From positions 372,001-436,000 of the forward strand of contig OZ245843.1 in the NCBI GenBank assembly GCA_965228875.1: DNA of 64,000 nucleotides. The letters are read 5' to 3'. Numbering within the stretch: the stretch's first letter is position 1; each line of letters opens with the position of its first letter. This document shows, one piece after another, positions 18,552-28,019 of this stretch. Made by a program: the position numbers and the translations under genes. Source of the stretch: Thalassobaculaceae bacterium (GTDB lineage: Bacteria; Pseudomonadota; Alphaproteobacteria; Thalassobaculales; Thalassobaculaceae). The notes under the pieces were generated by a model that was not told the origin of the DNA, ran no database searches, and worked only from the letters and a program-made list of their open reading frames with translations.

Positions 18552-19664
18552 TCAGTCCGATTTCGCGGGAAACGGCGCGTCGGAGAACTCCGGCAGGGCC
18601 AGGTCCACTGAGTCGGCAACCTCTCGGATGTCCTCGACCACGTTGACCGGAAGGGGGACGCCGCTCCTGCGGTGGGTCTCGGCTTTGCGCAACTCGGGCT
18701 CGCCGGGCATGAGGATTTCCGGGACACCCTCGGCCAGGGGGGCGGCCTTGAGCAGATCGATGAAACCGTCCATCCGCGTGGCGAACTGGTCCGGCGGCAT
18801 GAAGGACGACACGTCCAGCGCCATGGTGAACTGGCCGTTGTTCTGCGGCTTCTCGAACTCGGCGTACAGATTGTTGATCAGCGTCGAGTAGGCGGCACCG
18901 GAGATCACGCCGGCGAGAATGTCGACGAGGATCGCCACCGCCGACCCCTTGGCACCGGCGAAGGGCAGCACAACACCGGCTTCCGCCGTCGGGGAGTCGG
19001 TCGTCGGCCTGCCGTCGGCGTCCAGCGCCCACCCCTCGGGGATCGGGTCGCCGCGCTTCGCCGCCTCGACGATCTTGCCGCGCGCTACCACCGACGAGGA
19101 CATGTCGATGACGATGGCCGGATGCTTTCCGGCCGGCACCGCGAAGGAGATCGGATTGGTGCCCAGCGCCCGTCCGCGACTGCCCCACACCGCCATGGAG
19201 ACCGGTGAGTTGCTCGCGGAGACGCCGATCAGTCCCTGGTCCGACGCCTGGGTCACGTAGAAGGAACCGGGACCGTTGTGGTTGCTGTTCTTCACGGTGG
19301 CCACGCCGACGCCGTTCTCGCGGGCGAGGCGCATGGCCTCCTTCATGGCCGCGTCGCCGGCAACGGCGCCCATGCCGTTGTCGCCGTCGACCAGCGCCAC
19401 GGTGGTGGAGCCGTGCTCGATGGTGATGTCCGGGTTCGTGTTCACGACCCCGCAGGCGAGCCGCTGGGTGTAGATCGGGATGCGGGTGACCCCATGGGCG
19501 CCATGGCCGCGCAGGTCGGCATGGACCAGATTGTCGGCCACGATCGCCGCCGCGTCGGCTTTCAGGCCGAAGCGCTGAAAGATTTCCGTCGTGAAGGACT
19601 GCAAGGCTGCGTGGTCGCAGTAGAGCACGCCTCCCTTCGCCACGACCGCCTGTTCCGTTGCCAT
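18552..19664 (-). CDS. Ldh_2-family (malate/L-lactate/ureidoglycolate-type) NAD(P)-dependent oxidoreductase
   Basis: ADLRGHGAHGV, VDGDNGMG, SNHNG, GTNPISFA, DMSSS, IPEGWALD, AKGS, MPGEPE. Confidence 0.9.
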   Translation of the reverse strand: MATEQAVVAKGGVLYCDHAALQSFTTEIFQRFGLKADAAAIVADNLVHADLRGHGAHGVTRIPIYTQRLACGVVNTNPDITIEHGSTTVALVDGDNGMGAVAGDAAMKEAMRLARENGVGVATVKNSNHNGPGSFYVTQASDQGLIGVSASNSPVSMAVWGSRGRALGTNPISFAVPAGKHPAIVIDMSSSVVARGKIVEAAKRGDPIPEGWALDADGRPTTDSPTAEAGVVLPFAGAKGSAVAILVDILAGVISGAAYSTLINNLYAEFEKPQNNGQFTMALDVSSFMPPDQFATRMDGFIDLLKAAPLAEGVPEILMPGEPELRKAETHRRSGVPLPVNVVEDIREVADSVDLALPEFSDAPFPAKSD

Positions 19665-19752
19665 TGCATCCTCCCGATTTTTTCTAGGGCCATCGGACCA
19701 GACCGGTCCCGATGGTCGACCTTGGTTGGCCAAGATTTTTCTAACGAGGGTT

Positions 19753-19766
19753 AATTGTCAACAATT
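19753..19766. promoter_or_regulatory. Palindrome AATTGT-CA-ACAATT, probable GntR/FCD operator in a divergent promoter
   Basis: Perfect 6-bp inverted repeat in an AT-rich spacer, with related GATCGACAA and TGTAGACA motifs nearby. Confidence 0.55.
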
Positions 19767-19937
19767 CTGATCTGAATGGCAGCAACGCGAATTGACAGAT
19801 CGACAATACGGTTGATAGCCTCGGCTTTACTGCCTTTTTGTGTAGACAGAATGGATCGCGCGCAGGTGACCGCATTTTCCGGATCGGTGGCCCGGACTAT
19901 CCTCCCGACGGAGAGCGAAGCGTCGGAAGGAGAGTCG

Positions 19938-20606
19938 ATGGATGGGATCAAGGATCCCGGCCGTCCGCCGACCGCCATGGTGCGCCAGCGGATCGAGCAC
20001 ATGATTCTGAGTGGCGAGCTCAAGGCCGGTGACCGCCTCAACGAGAATGCACTCGCCGCCGAACTGGAGGTGAGCCGGGGGCCGGTCCGGGAGGCGACGC
20101 GTATCCTGGCCGAAGCAGGTCTGCTGACGATCATTCGCAACCGTGGCGCCTTCGTGCGCGAGATCAGTCTCGAGGATGTTCTGCACGTCTACGACATCCG
20201 CGCCGGGCTGGCCCGCGTCGCCGGCCGGCTGGCGGCGCTGCGGGCGACGCCGGAGGGTGTGGCCGAGTTGCGGGCCCTGTGGGAAGCGATGGAGGACGCG
20301 CGGATCAACCGCGACTCCGACCGGTACTACGACATCAATCGACGCTTCCACGCCCGCATCGTCGAAGTGACGGGCAATCCGAAGCTGATCGCCTTTCATG
20401 AGGAGACGGAACGCGAGGTGTTCCTTTTCCTGCGCCGGGGAGTGACCGGGCCGAGCCGGATCGACACCTCGAACAAGCAACACAAGGAAATGCTCGATGC
20501 CATCGCGGCCGGCGACGAACTCGCTTCGGCGCGGGCGTTCGAGGCGCACGTGGTGGCGGGCAAGCAGCGCATGCTCGACACGCTGGTAAGCAATACGACC
20601 GGATGA
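19938..20606 (+). CDS. GntR/FCD-family transcriptional regulator
   Basis: GELKAGDRLNENALAAELEVSRGPVREA, RNRGAFV, NRRFHARI; GAAGGAGAG RBS before ATG 19938. Confidence 0.92.
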   Translation: MDGIKDPGRPPTAMVRQRIEHMILSGELKAGDRLNENALAAELEVSRGPVREATRILAEAGLLTIIRNRGAFVREISLEDVLHVYDIRAGLARVAGRLAALRATPEGVAELRALWEAMEDARINRDSDRYYDINRRFHARIVEVTGNPKLIAFHEETEREVFLFLRRGVTGPSRIDTSNKQHKEMLDAIAAGDELASARAFEAHVVAGKQRMLDTLVSNTTG

Positions 20607-20876
20607 GCCCGGGGCCCGCCTGGCGCGGAGCCCGACAAGACGGGATAGACGGGAGGAGGAAACGCTTGAAGGAGACAGAGGCCTAGACTGACGGTCCGGC
20701 TGATCGCGTATCGCAAGCGATCATCGGCCCGGATGCCGTCCCCACGACAGTCCGACATCGACGCAACGGAGCGCCACTCGACGTTCCGTAAGGGACGGAT
20801 TTGCCCGAAGCGTGGAGTAGCCGCATGAGGCCAACGATCCGCGTCGCCAATCAACCGATTACGGGAGGATAACCAG

Positions 20877-21824
20877 ATGAGACTATCCAGGATTTCCACG
20901 CTGTTCGCGCTCGCCGCGGCGGTGCTGTTCGCAGCGCCGGCCGCCGCGTGGGAGCCGACCAAGCCGATCAAGATCTACGTCGGCTTCTCGCCGGGAGGTG
21001 GCACGGACATCGTCGCGCGCACCCTGGTCGCGGCAAGTCAGGAATTCTTCCCGGTGCCGCTGGTCGTCGTGAACAAGCCCGGTGCCGGCGGAACGCTGGC
21101 CGCCGACTTCGTCGCCAAGCAGCCGGGCGACGGCTATTCGCTGCTGGTCGCGGGCGGCAGCGAGAGCACCTCGGTACCGAACCATCGCGAGGTCTCCTAC
21201 AGCCTCGACGACTTCCGTCCGGTGCTCCGCAACATCCGCGCGCGCATCATCCTCGTCAGCAAGACCGGCAGCGGCATCGACAGCATCGAGGACCTGATCG
21301 CCAAGGCCAATGCCGAGCCCGGAAAGCTCGCCTACTCCTCGTCCGGGACGGGCTCGCTGTATCACTCGACCATGCTGCTGTTCAACAAGGCGGCCGGAAC
21401 TGAGATGAAGCACGTCCCCTATAAGGGCGGCGCGCCGGCGATGGCGGCCCTGCTCGGCGGTCACGTCGAGATCACCATGGCCGCGCCGGAAGAGGCGCAG
21501 GCGCAGTATGCTGCGGGTCAGATCAACCTGCTGGCCCTGACCTCCGACGAACGCACCGATCTGTTCCCGGACGTGCCGACGTTGAAGGAACTCGGTCATG
21601 ACGTCTATCTGGAGAACCAGAAGGGTATCGTCGGCCCCGCCTCGATGCCGGACGACGTCTATCAGTACCTGCACGACACCTTCAAGAAGGGCATGGACTC
21701 GCCCGTCTGGCAGAAGATGGCGGCCAAGCTGAAGCTCGAGACCTCGTACATGAACGGGCCGGACTTCAAGCAGGCGATGACCACCATGTCGAAGACCATC
21801 GGTGACGCGGTCTCGGGCCTCTAA
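20877..21824 (+). CDS. tctC: Tripartite tricarboxylate transporter substrate-binding protein (Bug/TctC)
   Basis: WEPTKPIKIYVGFSPGGGTDIVAR, VVNKPGAGG, HVPYKGGAPA, PDVPTLKELG. Confidence 0.93.
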   Translation: MRLSRISTLFALAAAVLFAAPAAAWEPTKPIKIYVGFSPGGGTDIVARTLVAASQEFFPVPLVVVNKPGAGGTLAADFVAKQPGDGYSLLVAGGSESTSVPNHREVSYSLDDFRPVLRNIRARIILVSKTGSGIDSIEDLIAKANAEPGKLAYSSSGTGSLYHSTMLLFNKAAGTEMKHVPYKGGAPAMAALLGGHVEITMAAPEEAQAQYAAGQINLLALTSDERTDLFPDVPTLKELGHDVYLENQKGIVGPASMPDDVYQYLHDTFKKGMDSPVWQKMAAKLKLETSYMNGPDFKQAMTTMSKTIGDAVSGL

Positions 21825-21869
21825 GGCCCGGACCACGGACCGCATACGGAAAGGTAAGGGAGCACGGCC

Positions 21870-22343
21870 ATGGTAACCGATCGTATCTTCGGGGCGGCAT
21901 CGGCCGTGCTCGCCCTTCTCTTCATCCTCTTCGCCGTACCGTCGATCACCGGCGACTGGCAGCAGGGACAGGAGGCGCGGTACTTCACCGTGGGCCCCCG
22001 CCTGTTTCCCTATATCGCCGGCATCCTGGTCGGGGTGTTCGCGGCGCTCATCGCCCTGCGACCGGACGGCGAGAACAACATCGCCGGCGTGCGGGCTCCG
22101 GGCGCCCTGCGCAACGTGTCGATCGCGATCGGGCTCTCGCTCCTGTTCGTGATCCTGCTTGAGCCGCTCGGCTTCATCGTCGCCAGCGCGCTGGCGCTGT
22201 TCGGCTTCCTTGTCGGGTTCCGTGAGCGGCGATGGACACTGATCGTTCCGATCGCGCTGATCGCTCCGATGGCGATCGCCGCGATGTTCTCCGTTTTTTT
22301 CCGCGTCACGCTGCCGACCGGCATCTTCGCGCTGCCGTTCTAG
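21870..22343 (+). CDS. tctB: Tripartite tricarboxylate transporter small permease
   Basis: GPRLFP, LEPLGF, VTLPTG; four TMs. Confidence 0.87.
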   Translation: MVTDRIFGAASAVLALLFILFAVPSITGDWQQGQEARYFTVGPRLFPYIAGILVGVFAALIALRPDGENNIAGVRAPGALRNVSIAIGLSLLFVILLEPLGFIVASALALFGFLVGFRERRWTLIVPIALIAPMAIAAMFSVFFRVTLPTGIFALPF

Positions 22344-22352
22344 GATCGAGCC

Positions 22353-23858
22353 ATGGACATCTTCCTGAATAGTGCGGCCGAGGTCTTCGCGCCCATCAAC
22401 ATCCTCATCCTGCTCGCGTCCACGGTGCTCGGGATCGTCATCGGGGCCATCCCCGGGCTGACCGTGACCATGGCGGTGGCACTCGCCGTGCCGCTGACCC
22501 TGTGGATGGACACCACGCCGGCGATGATGATGCTGCTTGGCCTCTACGGCTCAGGCATCTACGGCGGCAGCATCTCGGCCTGCCTGCTGAATGCGCCGGG
22601 AACGCCGGCCTCGGCGGCGACGGCCCTCGACGGGTACGAACTGGGCAAGCAGGGCAAGGCACTCAAGGCGCTGAGAGTGGCGCTCTGGGCGTCGGTCTAT
22701 GGCGGACTGTTCTCCATCGTTCTGCTGGTGCTCATTGCCCCCCAACTCGCCCAGGTCGCGCTGAAGTTCGGCCCGGCGGAGATCGCCTGTCTGCTGATCT
22801 TCGCGCTGACCGTGGTTGCCGTCCTGTCGGGCGAGTCGATGCTGAAGGGACTGTTCGCCGCCGCGCTCGGCATGCTGCTGGCGACCATCGGCGCCGATCC
22901 AATGCTGATGATCCCGCGCTTCACCTTCGGGTTCGACGAGCTGTTCGACGGCCTCGCCTACATCCCGATGCTGATCGGCCTGTTCGCCATCGCCGAAATG
23001 TTCGCGCAGTCGGAACAGTCGTTCCGGGTCGGCGCCACGATCCTCGACCTCAAGGCCAGTGGCCGCGACGAGAACAGGATCGACGCCGACGACGTCCGGC
23101 GCTGTGCGGTGCCGGTGATACGCTCCGGCTTCCTCGGCGCCTTCATCGGCATGCTGCCGGGACTGGGGGCGGCGGTGGCTTCCTTCGTCGGCTACGCTGA
23201 GACCAAGCGGGCGTCGAAGACTCCCGAGAAGTTCGGCAAGGGCGCCATCGAGGGCGTCGCCGCCTCGGAATCCGCGAACAACGCGGTGACCGGCTCGGCC
23301 ATGATCCCGATGCTGGCGCTCGCCATCCCCGGCGACCCGCCGACGGCGATCCTGCTGAGCGCGCTGATGATCCAGGGCGTGACCGTCGGGCCGCTGATCT
23401 TCGTGACCAACCCGGACGTGGTCTACACGATCTACATCGCCCTGTTCCTGGCGCTGGTCGCCACGGCCGGCGTCGCCGCCGCCTTCATGCGGCCGATCGC
23501 CCAGGTGCTGCGGATACCGAAGGTGTTCCTGTATCCGGTGATCCTGTCGATGTGCGTCGCCGGCAGCTACGCCATCCGGTTCAATACCTTCGACGTCTTC
23601 GTGATGCTGGGGGCGGGCGTGCTCGGCTACGTGATGCGGCTGTTCGGCGTGCCCGTCGCGCCGTTGCTCATCGCCTTCATCCTCACGCCGCCGTTCGAGG
23701 AGTCGCTGCGCCAGGCGCTGATCCGCTCCGAGGGCAGCCCCATGATCTTCGTCGAGCACCCGATCGCCCTGTTCTTCCTCGTGATGGCGGTGGCGGCGGT
23801 CAGCTTCACGGTCTGGCGCGAGAAGCGCGGCGGGGCCCGCTTCGCCAACGCCGACTGA
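22353..23858 (+). CDS. tctA: Tripartite tricarboxylate transporter large permease
   Basis: GAIPGLT, YGGSISACLLNAPGTPAS, ASESANNA, LAIPGD. Confidence 0.93.
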   Translation: MDIFLNSAAEVFAPINILILLASTVLGIVIGAIPGLTVTMAVALAVPLTLWMDTTPAMMMLLGLYGSGIYGGSISACLLNAPGTPASAATALDGYELGKQGKALKALRVALWASVYGGLFSIVLLVLIAPQLAQVALKFGPAEIACLLIFALTVVAVLSGESMLKGLFAAALGMLLATIGADPMLMIPRFTFGFDELFDGLAYIPMLIGLFAIAEMFAQSEQSFRVGATILDLKASGRDENRIDADDVRRCAVPVIRSGFLGAFIGMLPGLGAAVASFVGYAETKRASKTPEKFGKGAIEGVAASESANNAVTGSAMIPMLALAIPGDPPTAILLSALMIQGVTVGPLIFVTNPDVVYTIYIALFLALVATAGVAAAFMRPIAQVLRIPKVFLYPVILSMCVAGSYAIRFNTFDVFVMLGAGVLGYVMRLFGVPVAPLLIAFILTPPFEESLRQALIRSEGSPMIFVEHPIALFFLVMAVAAVSFTVWREKRGGARFANAD

Positions 23859-23891
23859 CGTTCCGATCAACCGACGTCCCGGAGGACACTC

Positions 23892-24788
23892 GTGACATCC
23901 AGCAGTACCGACATCCAGGTCGGCTTCATCGGCCTCGGCGTGATGGGCAAGTCGATGGCCCGCAACCTTCTCGCCGCCGGCTTCCCCCTGACCGTGCACA
24001 ACCGCTCCAGCGGCAAGGTGCAGGAACTCGTGAAGGAGGGTGCGAAGGACGGTGGGTCCGCCGCCGGTGTCGCCCGCGCCGCCGAGGTGGTGTTTCTGTG
24101 CCTGCCCGACACCCCGGACGTGGAGCGGACCCTGTTCGGCGAGGACGGTGTCGCCGAGGGCATTCGCGAGGGATCGGTGGTGATCGACTGCTCGTCGATC
24201 TCGGCGACCGAAACCCAGGGCTTCGCCGCCCGTTTGGCGGAGCGGGGCGTGGCGATGGTCGACAGCCCGGTCAGCGGCGGTCCGGCCGGGGCTGCCAAGG
24301 GAACGCTGTCCTGCATGCTCGGCGGCGACGCCGAGGTCATCGCCCGGGTCCAGCCGATGCTGGATGCGATCGGCGAGAAATTCGTCCATGTCGGTCCTAA
24401 CGGCGCCGGCCAGCTCGTCAAGTCCTGCAATCAGATGGTGATCTCGGCGACCCTCATGGGGGTGTCCGAGGCGGTGGCGCTGTGCCGCAAGCTCGACGTC
24501 GATCCCAACGCCATGCGCGAGGCGCTGATGGGCGGGTCGGCCAACAGCTTCGTCATGCAGAATCACGCCAAGCGCCTGATCGACCGCACGCTGGAACCGG
24601 GATTCCGGGCCGAGCTAATGCTCAAGGACATGAAACTGGCGGTCGGGACCGGACGCGATGCCGGCGCCTTCATGCCGGCGACGGCGCTCGCCACGCAGCT
24701 TCTGACGGCGCTCTGCCAGACGGGTCGCAACGGCAAGGACAGCGCCGCCCTCGGCCTGCTGATCCAGGATCTCTCCGGGTGTGAATGA
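23892..24788 (+). CDS. Beta-hydroxyacid dehydrogenase (GarR/GlxR tartronate semialdehyde reductase or 3-hydroxyisobutyrate dehydrogenase family)
   Basis: GFIGLGVMGKSMARNL, DSPVSGG, GAGQLVKSCNQM, LKDM. Confidence 0.9.
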   Translation: MTSSSTDIQVGFIGLGVMGKSMARNLLAAGFPLTVHNRSSGKVQELVKEGAKDGGSAAGVARAAEVVFLCLPDTPDVERTLFGEDGVAEGIREGSVVIDCSSISATETQGFAARLAERGVAMVDSPVSGGPAGAAKGTLSCMLGGDAEVIARVQPMLDAIGEKFVHVGPNGAGQLVKSCNQMVISATLMGVSEAVALCRKLDVDPNAMREALMGGSANSFVMQNHAKRLIDRTLEPGFRAELMLKDMKLAVGTGRDAGAFMPATALATQLLTALCQTGRNGKDSAALGLLIQDLSGCE

Positions 24789-24866
24789 CTGACCCCCGGC
24801 GCCCGTCGGGCGCCGCGAACCTCTGATGAAACCCGACCCTACCCATCCCCTTTCCAGGAGACGGCC

Positions 24867-25655
24867 ATGCCGGTTATTGAGAACACGATGAAGAAGAAGC
24901 TCGAGGCGGGGGAGAACGTGTACTCCTTCAACCTCATCGTATCGCGCTACCCGGCCGCGCCGTGGATCGCCAGGGAGTGCGGGTTCGACTGGCTCTTCAT
25001 CGACACCGAACACAATTCCATGGATCTCGACACGGTGTCGGCCCTCTGCCTCGGCGCCCTGCCGTTGGGGATCACGCCGATCGTGCGGGTGGCAGGCCAC
25101 GAGCACTTCCATGCGACGCGCGCTCTCGACGCGGGCGCGATGGGTGTCGTCGTGCCGCATGTCGACACGCCCGAACAGGCCCGCCGGGTCGTGCAGAACT
25201 GCAAGTTTCCGCCCGTCGGCGAGCGGTCGCTGACCGCCCCGGTGCCGCAGCTCGGTTTCGAGGGAATGCCGGCGGCCGAGGCGCTGCCGGTGCTCAACGA
25301 CAACACCTTCCTCATCGTGATGGTCGAGTCCGAGATCGGCGTCGCCAATGCCGAGGCGATTGCGGCGGTGGAGGGCATCGACTGCATCCTGATCGGCTCG
25401 AACGACCTGGCGGCCTCGATGGGCATCCCAGGGCAGCTCGGCCACGACCGGGTCGCCAAGGCCTACGAGACGGTGATCGCCGCCTGCGAGAACCAGGGCA
25501 AGTATCCCGGTATGGGCGGGATCTACGACCACGCGCTGATGGAACGGTACATCGCCATGGGTGCCCGGGTCTGCCAGGGGGCCGGCGACACCGCCCTGAT
25601 GTTGAGCGCGGGCAAGGAGCGCGCGGCCTTCCTGCGGTCGCTGAAGCGGGCCTAG
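24867..25655 (+). CDS. HpcH/HpaI class II pyruvate aldolase
   Basis: GFDWLFIDTEH, PIVRV, LDAGAMGVVVPHV, MVES, IGSNDL. Confidence 0.9.
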   Translation: MPVIENTMKKKLEAGENVYSFNLIVSRYPAAPWIARECGFDWLFIDTEHNSMDLDTVSALCLGALPLGITPIVRVAGHEHFHATRALDAGAMGVVVPHVDTPEQARRVVQNCKFPPVGERSLTAPVPQLGFEGMPAAEALPVLNDNTFLIVMVESEIGVANAEAIAAVEGIDCILIGSNDLAASMGIPGQLGHDRVAKAYETVIAACENQGKYPGMGGIYDHALMERYIAMGARVCQGAGDTALMLSAGKERAAFLRSLKRA

Positions 25656-25661
25656 AGGCAA

Positions 25662-25700
25662 TCACCATCGGGTGGAAACATCCGGTCGGGTGAATTTTCT
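25662..25700 (+). terminator. Probable intrinsic terminator after the aldolase gene
   Basis: ATCGGGTG-GAAA-CATCCGGT stem with GNRA loop and extended CACC/GGTG pairing, followed by AATTTTCT. Confidence 0.55.
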
Positions 25701-25939
25701 CTGTCTCTGAAGACATAGAGCGCGACGGGGTTCGCCTGAGCCGATCGCACTCTATCGCCGGAGGTCGGACGCGGAAGGTCCGGCCACGCCATGTGATTGT
25801 GGCGTCCGACCCCCGGGCCGGCGAGGCACTGGAATTGATGCGCGACGTCGATCGGCGGTCGTCGTAGAAGACTCAGCACACGCGGGCGGCGTGCGAGGGT
25901 GCGCGGCCGGCCAACCGATCACCGCACGAGGGACCGACC

Positions 25940-26809
25940 ATGCGCATCCTGAGTTTCGAGAGTGAGGGCCAGACCCGGCTCGGCGTGAGGATGGGCGACC
26001 GGGTCGTCGACCTGTCGCTCGCCGCGCCCGATCTGCCGCGGGACCTGCTGTCCCTGCTGCGCGCCGGCCCCGATGCGATGACCCGGGCAGCCGAAGCGGC
26101 GGCGGGGGCGACGCCGACCCTGGCATTCTCGGAGCTATCCCTGGCGGTGCCGATCGCCGATCCGCCGAAGATCCTTTGCGTCGGACGGAACTATGCGGCT
26201 CACGCCAAGGAGGGCGGGGCCGAGCCGCCGACCTACCCCGACATCTTCATGCGCAGCCGCCTTTCGCTGATCCCGCACGGCGCGCCGATCGTCCGTCCGG
26301 CCCTGTCCGCGAACCTGGACTACGAGTGCGAACTCATGGTCGTCATCGGCCGCCGCACCTCCAAGGTATCCGAGAGCGAGGCGCTCGACGCCGTTGCCGG
26401 CTACTCGCTGTTCAACGACGCCACGCTGCGCGACTACCAGCGCCGGACCACCCAGTGGACGATCGGCAAGAACTTCGACGATACCGGCCCGTTCGGCCCC
26501 GAGATCGTGACGCCGGACGAACTCCCGGCCGGATGCGTCGGTCTGCAGATCCAGACCCGGCTCAACGGCGAGGTCATGCAGAACGCGAACACCTCCGACA
26601 TGATCTTCCCCGTGGCCACGGTGATCTCCCTGCTCAGCCAGACGATGACGCTGGAACCCGGCGACCTGATCGCCACCGGCACTCCGGAAGGCGTCGGATA
26701 CGCCCGCAAGCCTCCGGTTTGGATGAAGCCCGGCGACATGGTCGAGGTCGAAGTGGAGGGCATCGGCGTGCTGAGCAATCCGGTCCGCGACGCAGAAGCC
26801 GCGGACTGA
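25940..26809 (+). CDS. Fumarylacetoacetate hydrolase (FAH) family protein
   Basis: KILCVGRNY, LDYECEL, NDATLRD, GKNFD, LEPGDLIATGTPEGVG. Confidence 0.92.
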   Translation: MRILSFESEGQTRLGVRMGDRVVDLSLAAPDLPRDLLSLLRAGPDAMTRAAEAAAGATPTLAFSELSLAVPIADPPKILCVGRNYAAHAKEGGAEPPTYPDIFMRSRLSLIPHGAPIVRPALSANLDYECELMVVIGRRTSKVSESEALDAVAGYSLFNDATLRDYQRRTTQWTIGKNFDDTGPFGPEIVTPDELPAGCVGLQIQTRLNGEVMQNANTSDMIFPVATVISLLSQTMTLEPGDLIATGTPEGVGYARKPPVWMKPGDMVEVEVEGIGVLSNPVRDAEAAD

Positions 26810-26828
26810 AACGGAGACCGAGCTGTAG

Positions 26829-28019
26829 TCAGCCCCGAACGAAGGTCATCTGCCGCACGTCGATGAAGCCGCCCCGGAACCCACCCTCGCAATAGGCGAG
26901 GTAGTAGTCCCACATCCGGCGGAACCGATCGTCGAAGCCCAGGCGCTCGATCTCCGTCCAGTTCTCGAGAAAGCGGGCGCGCCAGATCGCGAGGGTGCGG
27001 GCGTAGTCGAGGCCGAACGCCCGCTCGGTGTCGAGATGCAGGCCGTGGTCGGCGGCGAGATCGAGCAGGTGACGCCGGGTGGGCAGCATGCCGCCCGGAA
27101 AGATGTAGCGCTGGATGAAGTCGGGGTTCGCCCGATATTCCTCGAAACCGTCCTCGTCGATGGTGATGACCTGCAGCGTTGCCCGGCCGGCTTCCACCAG
27201 TCTGCCGCGAAGCTGCGCGAAGTAGTCGGGCCAGTACGTCTGACCGACTGCCTCGAACATCTCGATGGACGCGATGGCGTCGAACTGGCCGGTGACGTCG
27301 CGGTAGTCGCGGATCTCGAAGCGGACCCGATCGGCGAGGCCGGCGCGGCGCGCGCGTTCGACGGCATAGCCGTGCTGCTCGCGCGAGAGGGTGATGCCGT
27401 GCACCTCGACATCGTGACCCCGTGCCGTCTGCACCGCGAAGCCGCCCCACCCGCATCCGATGTCCAGAACCCGCTGACCGGGACTCAGCGCGAGGGTTTC
27501 GGCGATCCGGCGGTTCTTGGTGGCCTGCGCGACCTCCAGATTTTGTTCGCCGTCCTCGAACATCGCGCTCGAATAGGACATGGAGGGATCGAGCCACTGC
27601 GCGTAGAAGGCGTTGCCCATGTCGTAGTGGAAGGCGGCGTTCCGCCGGCTGCCGTGGCGGCTGTTGTTGTTGAGCCAGTGCAGCAGGCGACGGACGAAGC
27701 GGCGCGCTAGGCTGTCCGGGTTGCCCTGGTTGAAGGCGTATTTGTTGCGCTCGAACAGCTCGACGACGGCCACCGGGTCTGGGCTGGACACGGCCCCGTC
27801 CATGTAGGCCTCGGCGAAGGCCAGGTGGCCACCCAGGATGAAGCGCTTCGTCACGCCTGGATCGTGCAGGTGCAGGGTGGCGTCGGGGCCGTCGGCCGCG
27901 CCGGCGAAGACCACCGTTCGGCCGTCGGCCAGCACGATCGTCAGTCGGCCGACGGCGAGTCCTTCCAGCATGGCAAAGGCGGCACGTGTCCAGCGGTCGA
28001 CGGCGGGGATTGGGCTCAT
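26829..28019 (-). CDS. Cyclopropane-fatty-acyl-phospholipid synthase family SAM-dependent methyltransferase
   Basis: HYDMGNAFY, WLDPSMSYSSA, VLDIGCGWGG, ITLSREQ, SIEMFEAVG, FIQRYIFPGGMLP, YLAYCEGGF. Confidence 0.92.
   Translation of the reverse strand: MSPIPAVDRWTRAAFAMLEGLAVGRLTIVLADGRTVVFAGAADGPDATLHLHDPGVTKRFILGGHLAFAEAYMDGAVSSPDPVAVVELFERNKYAFNQGNPDSLARRFVRRLLHWLNNNSRHGSRRNAAFHYDMGNAFYAQWLDPSMSYSSAMFEDGEQNLEVAQATKNRRIAETLALSPGQRVLDIGCGWGGFAVQTARGHDVEVHGITLSREQHGYAVERARRAGLADRVRFEIRDYRDVTGQFDAIASIEMFEAVGQTYWPDYFAQLRGRLVEAGRATLQVITIDEDGFEEYRANPDFIQRYIFPGGMLPTRRHLLDLAADHGLHLDTERAFGLDYARTLAIWRARFLENWTEIERLGFDDRFRRMWDYYLAYCEGGFRGGFIDVRQMTFVRG

Noticed and set aside
22551..24566. 671-aa minus-strand ORF
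   Set aside because: Antisense shadow of tctA and the dehydrogenase gene
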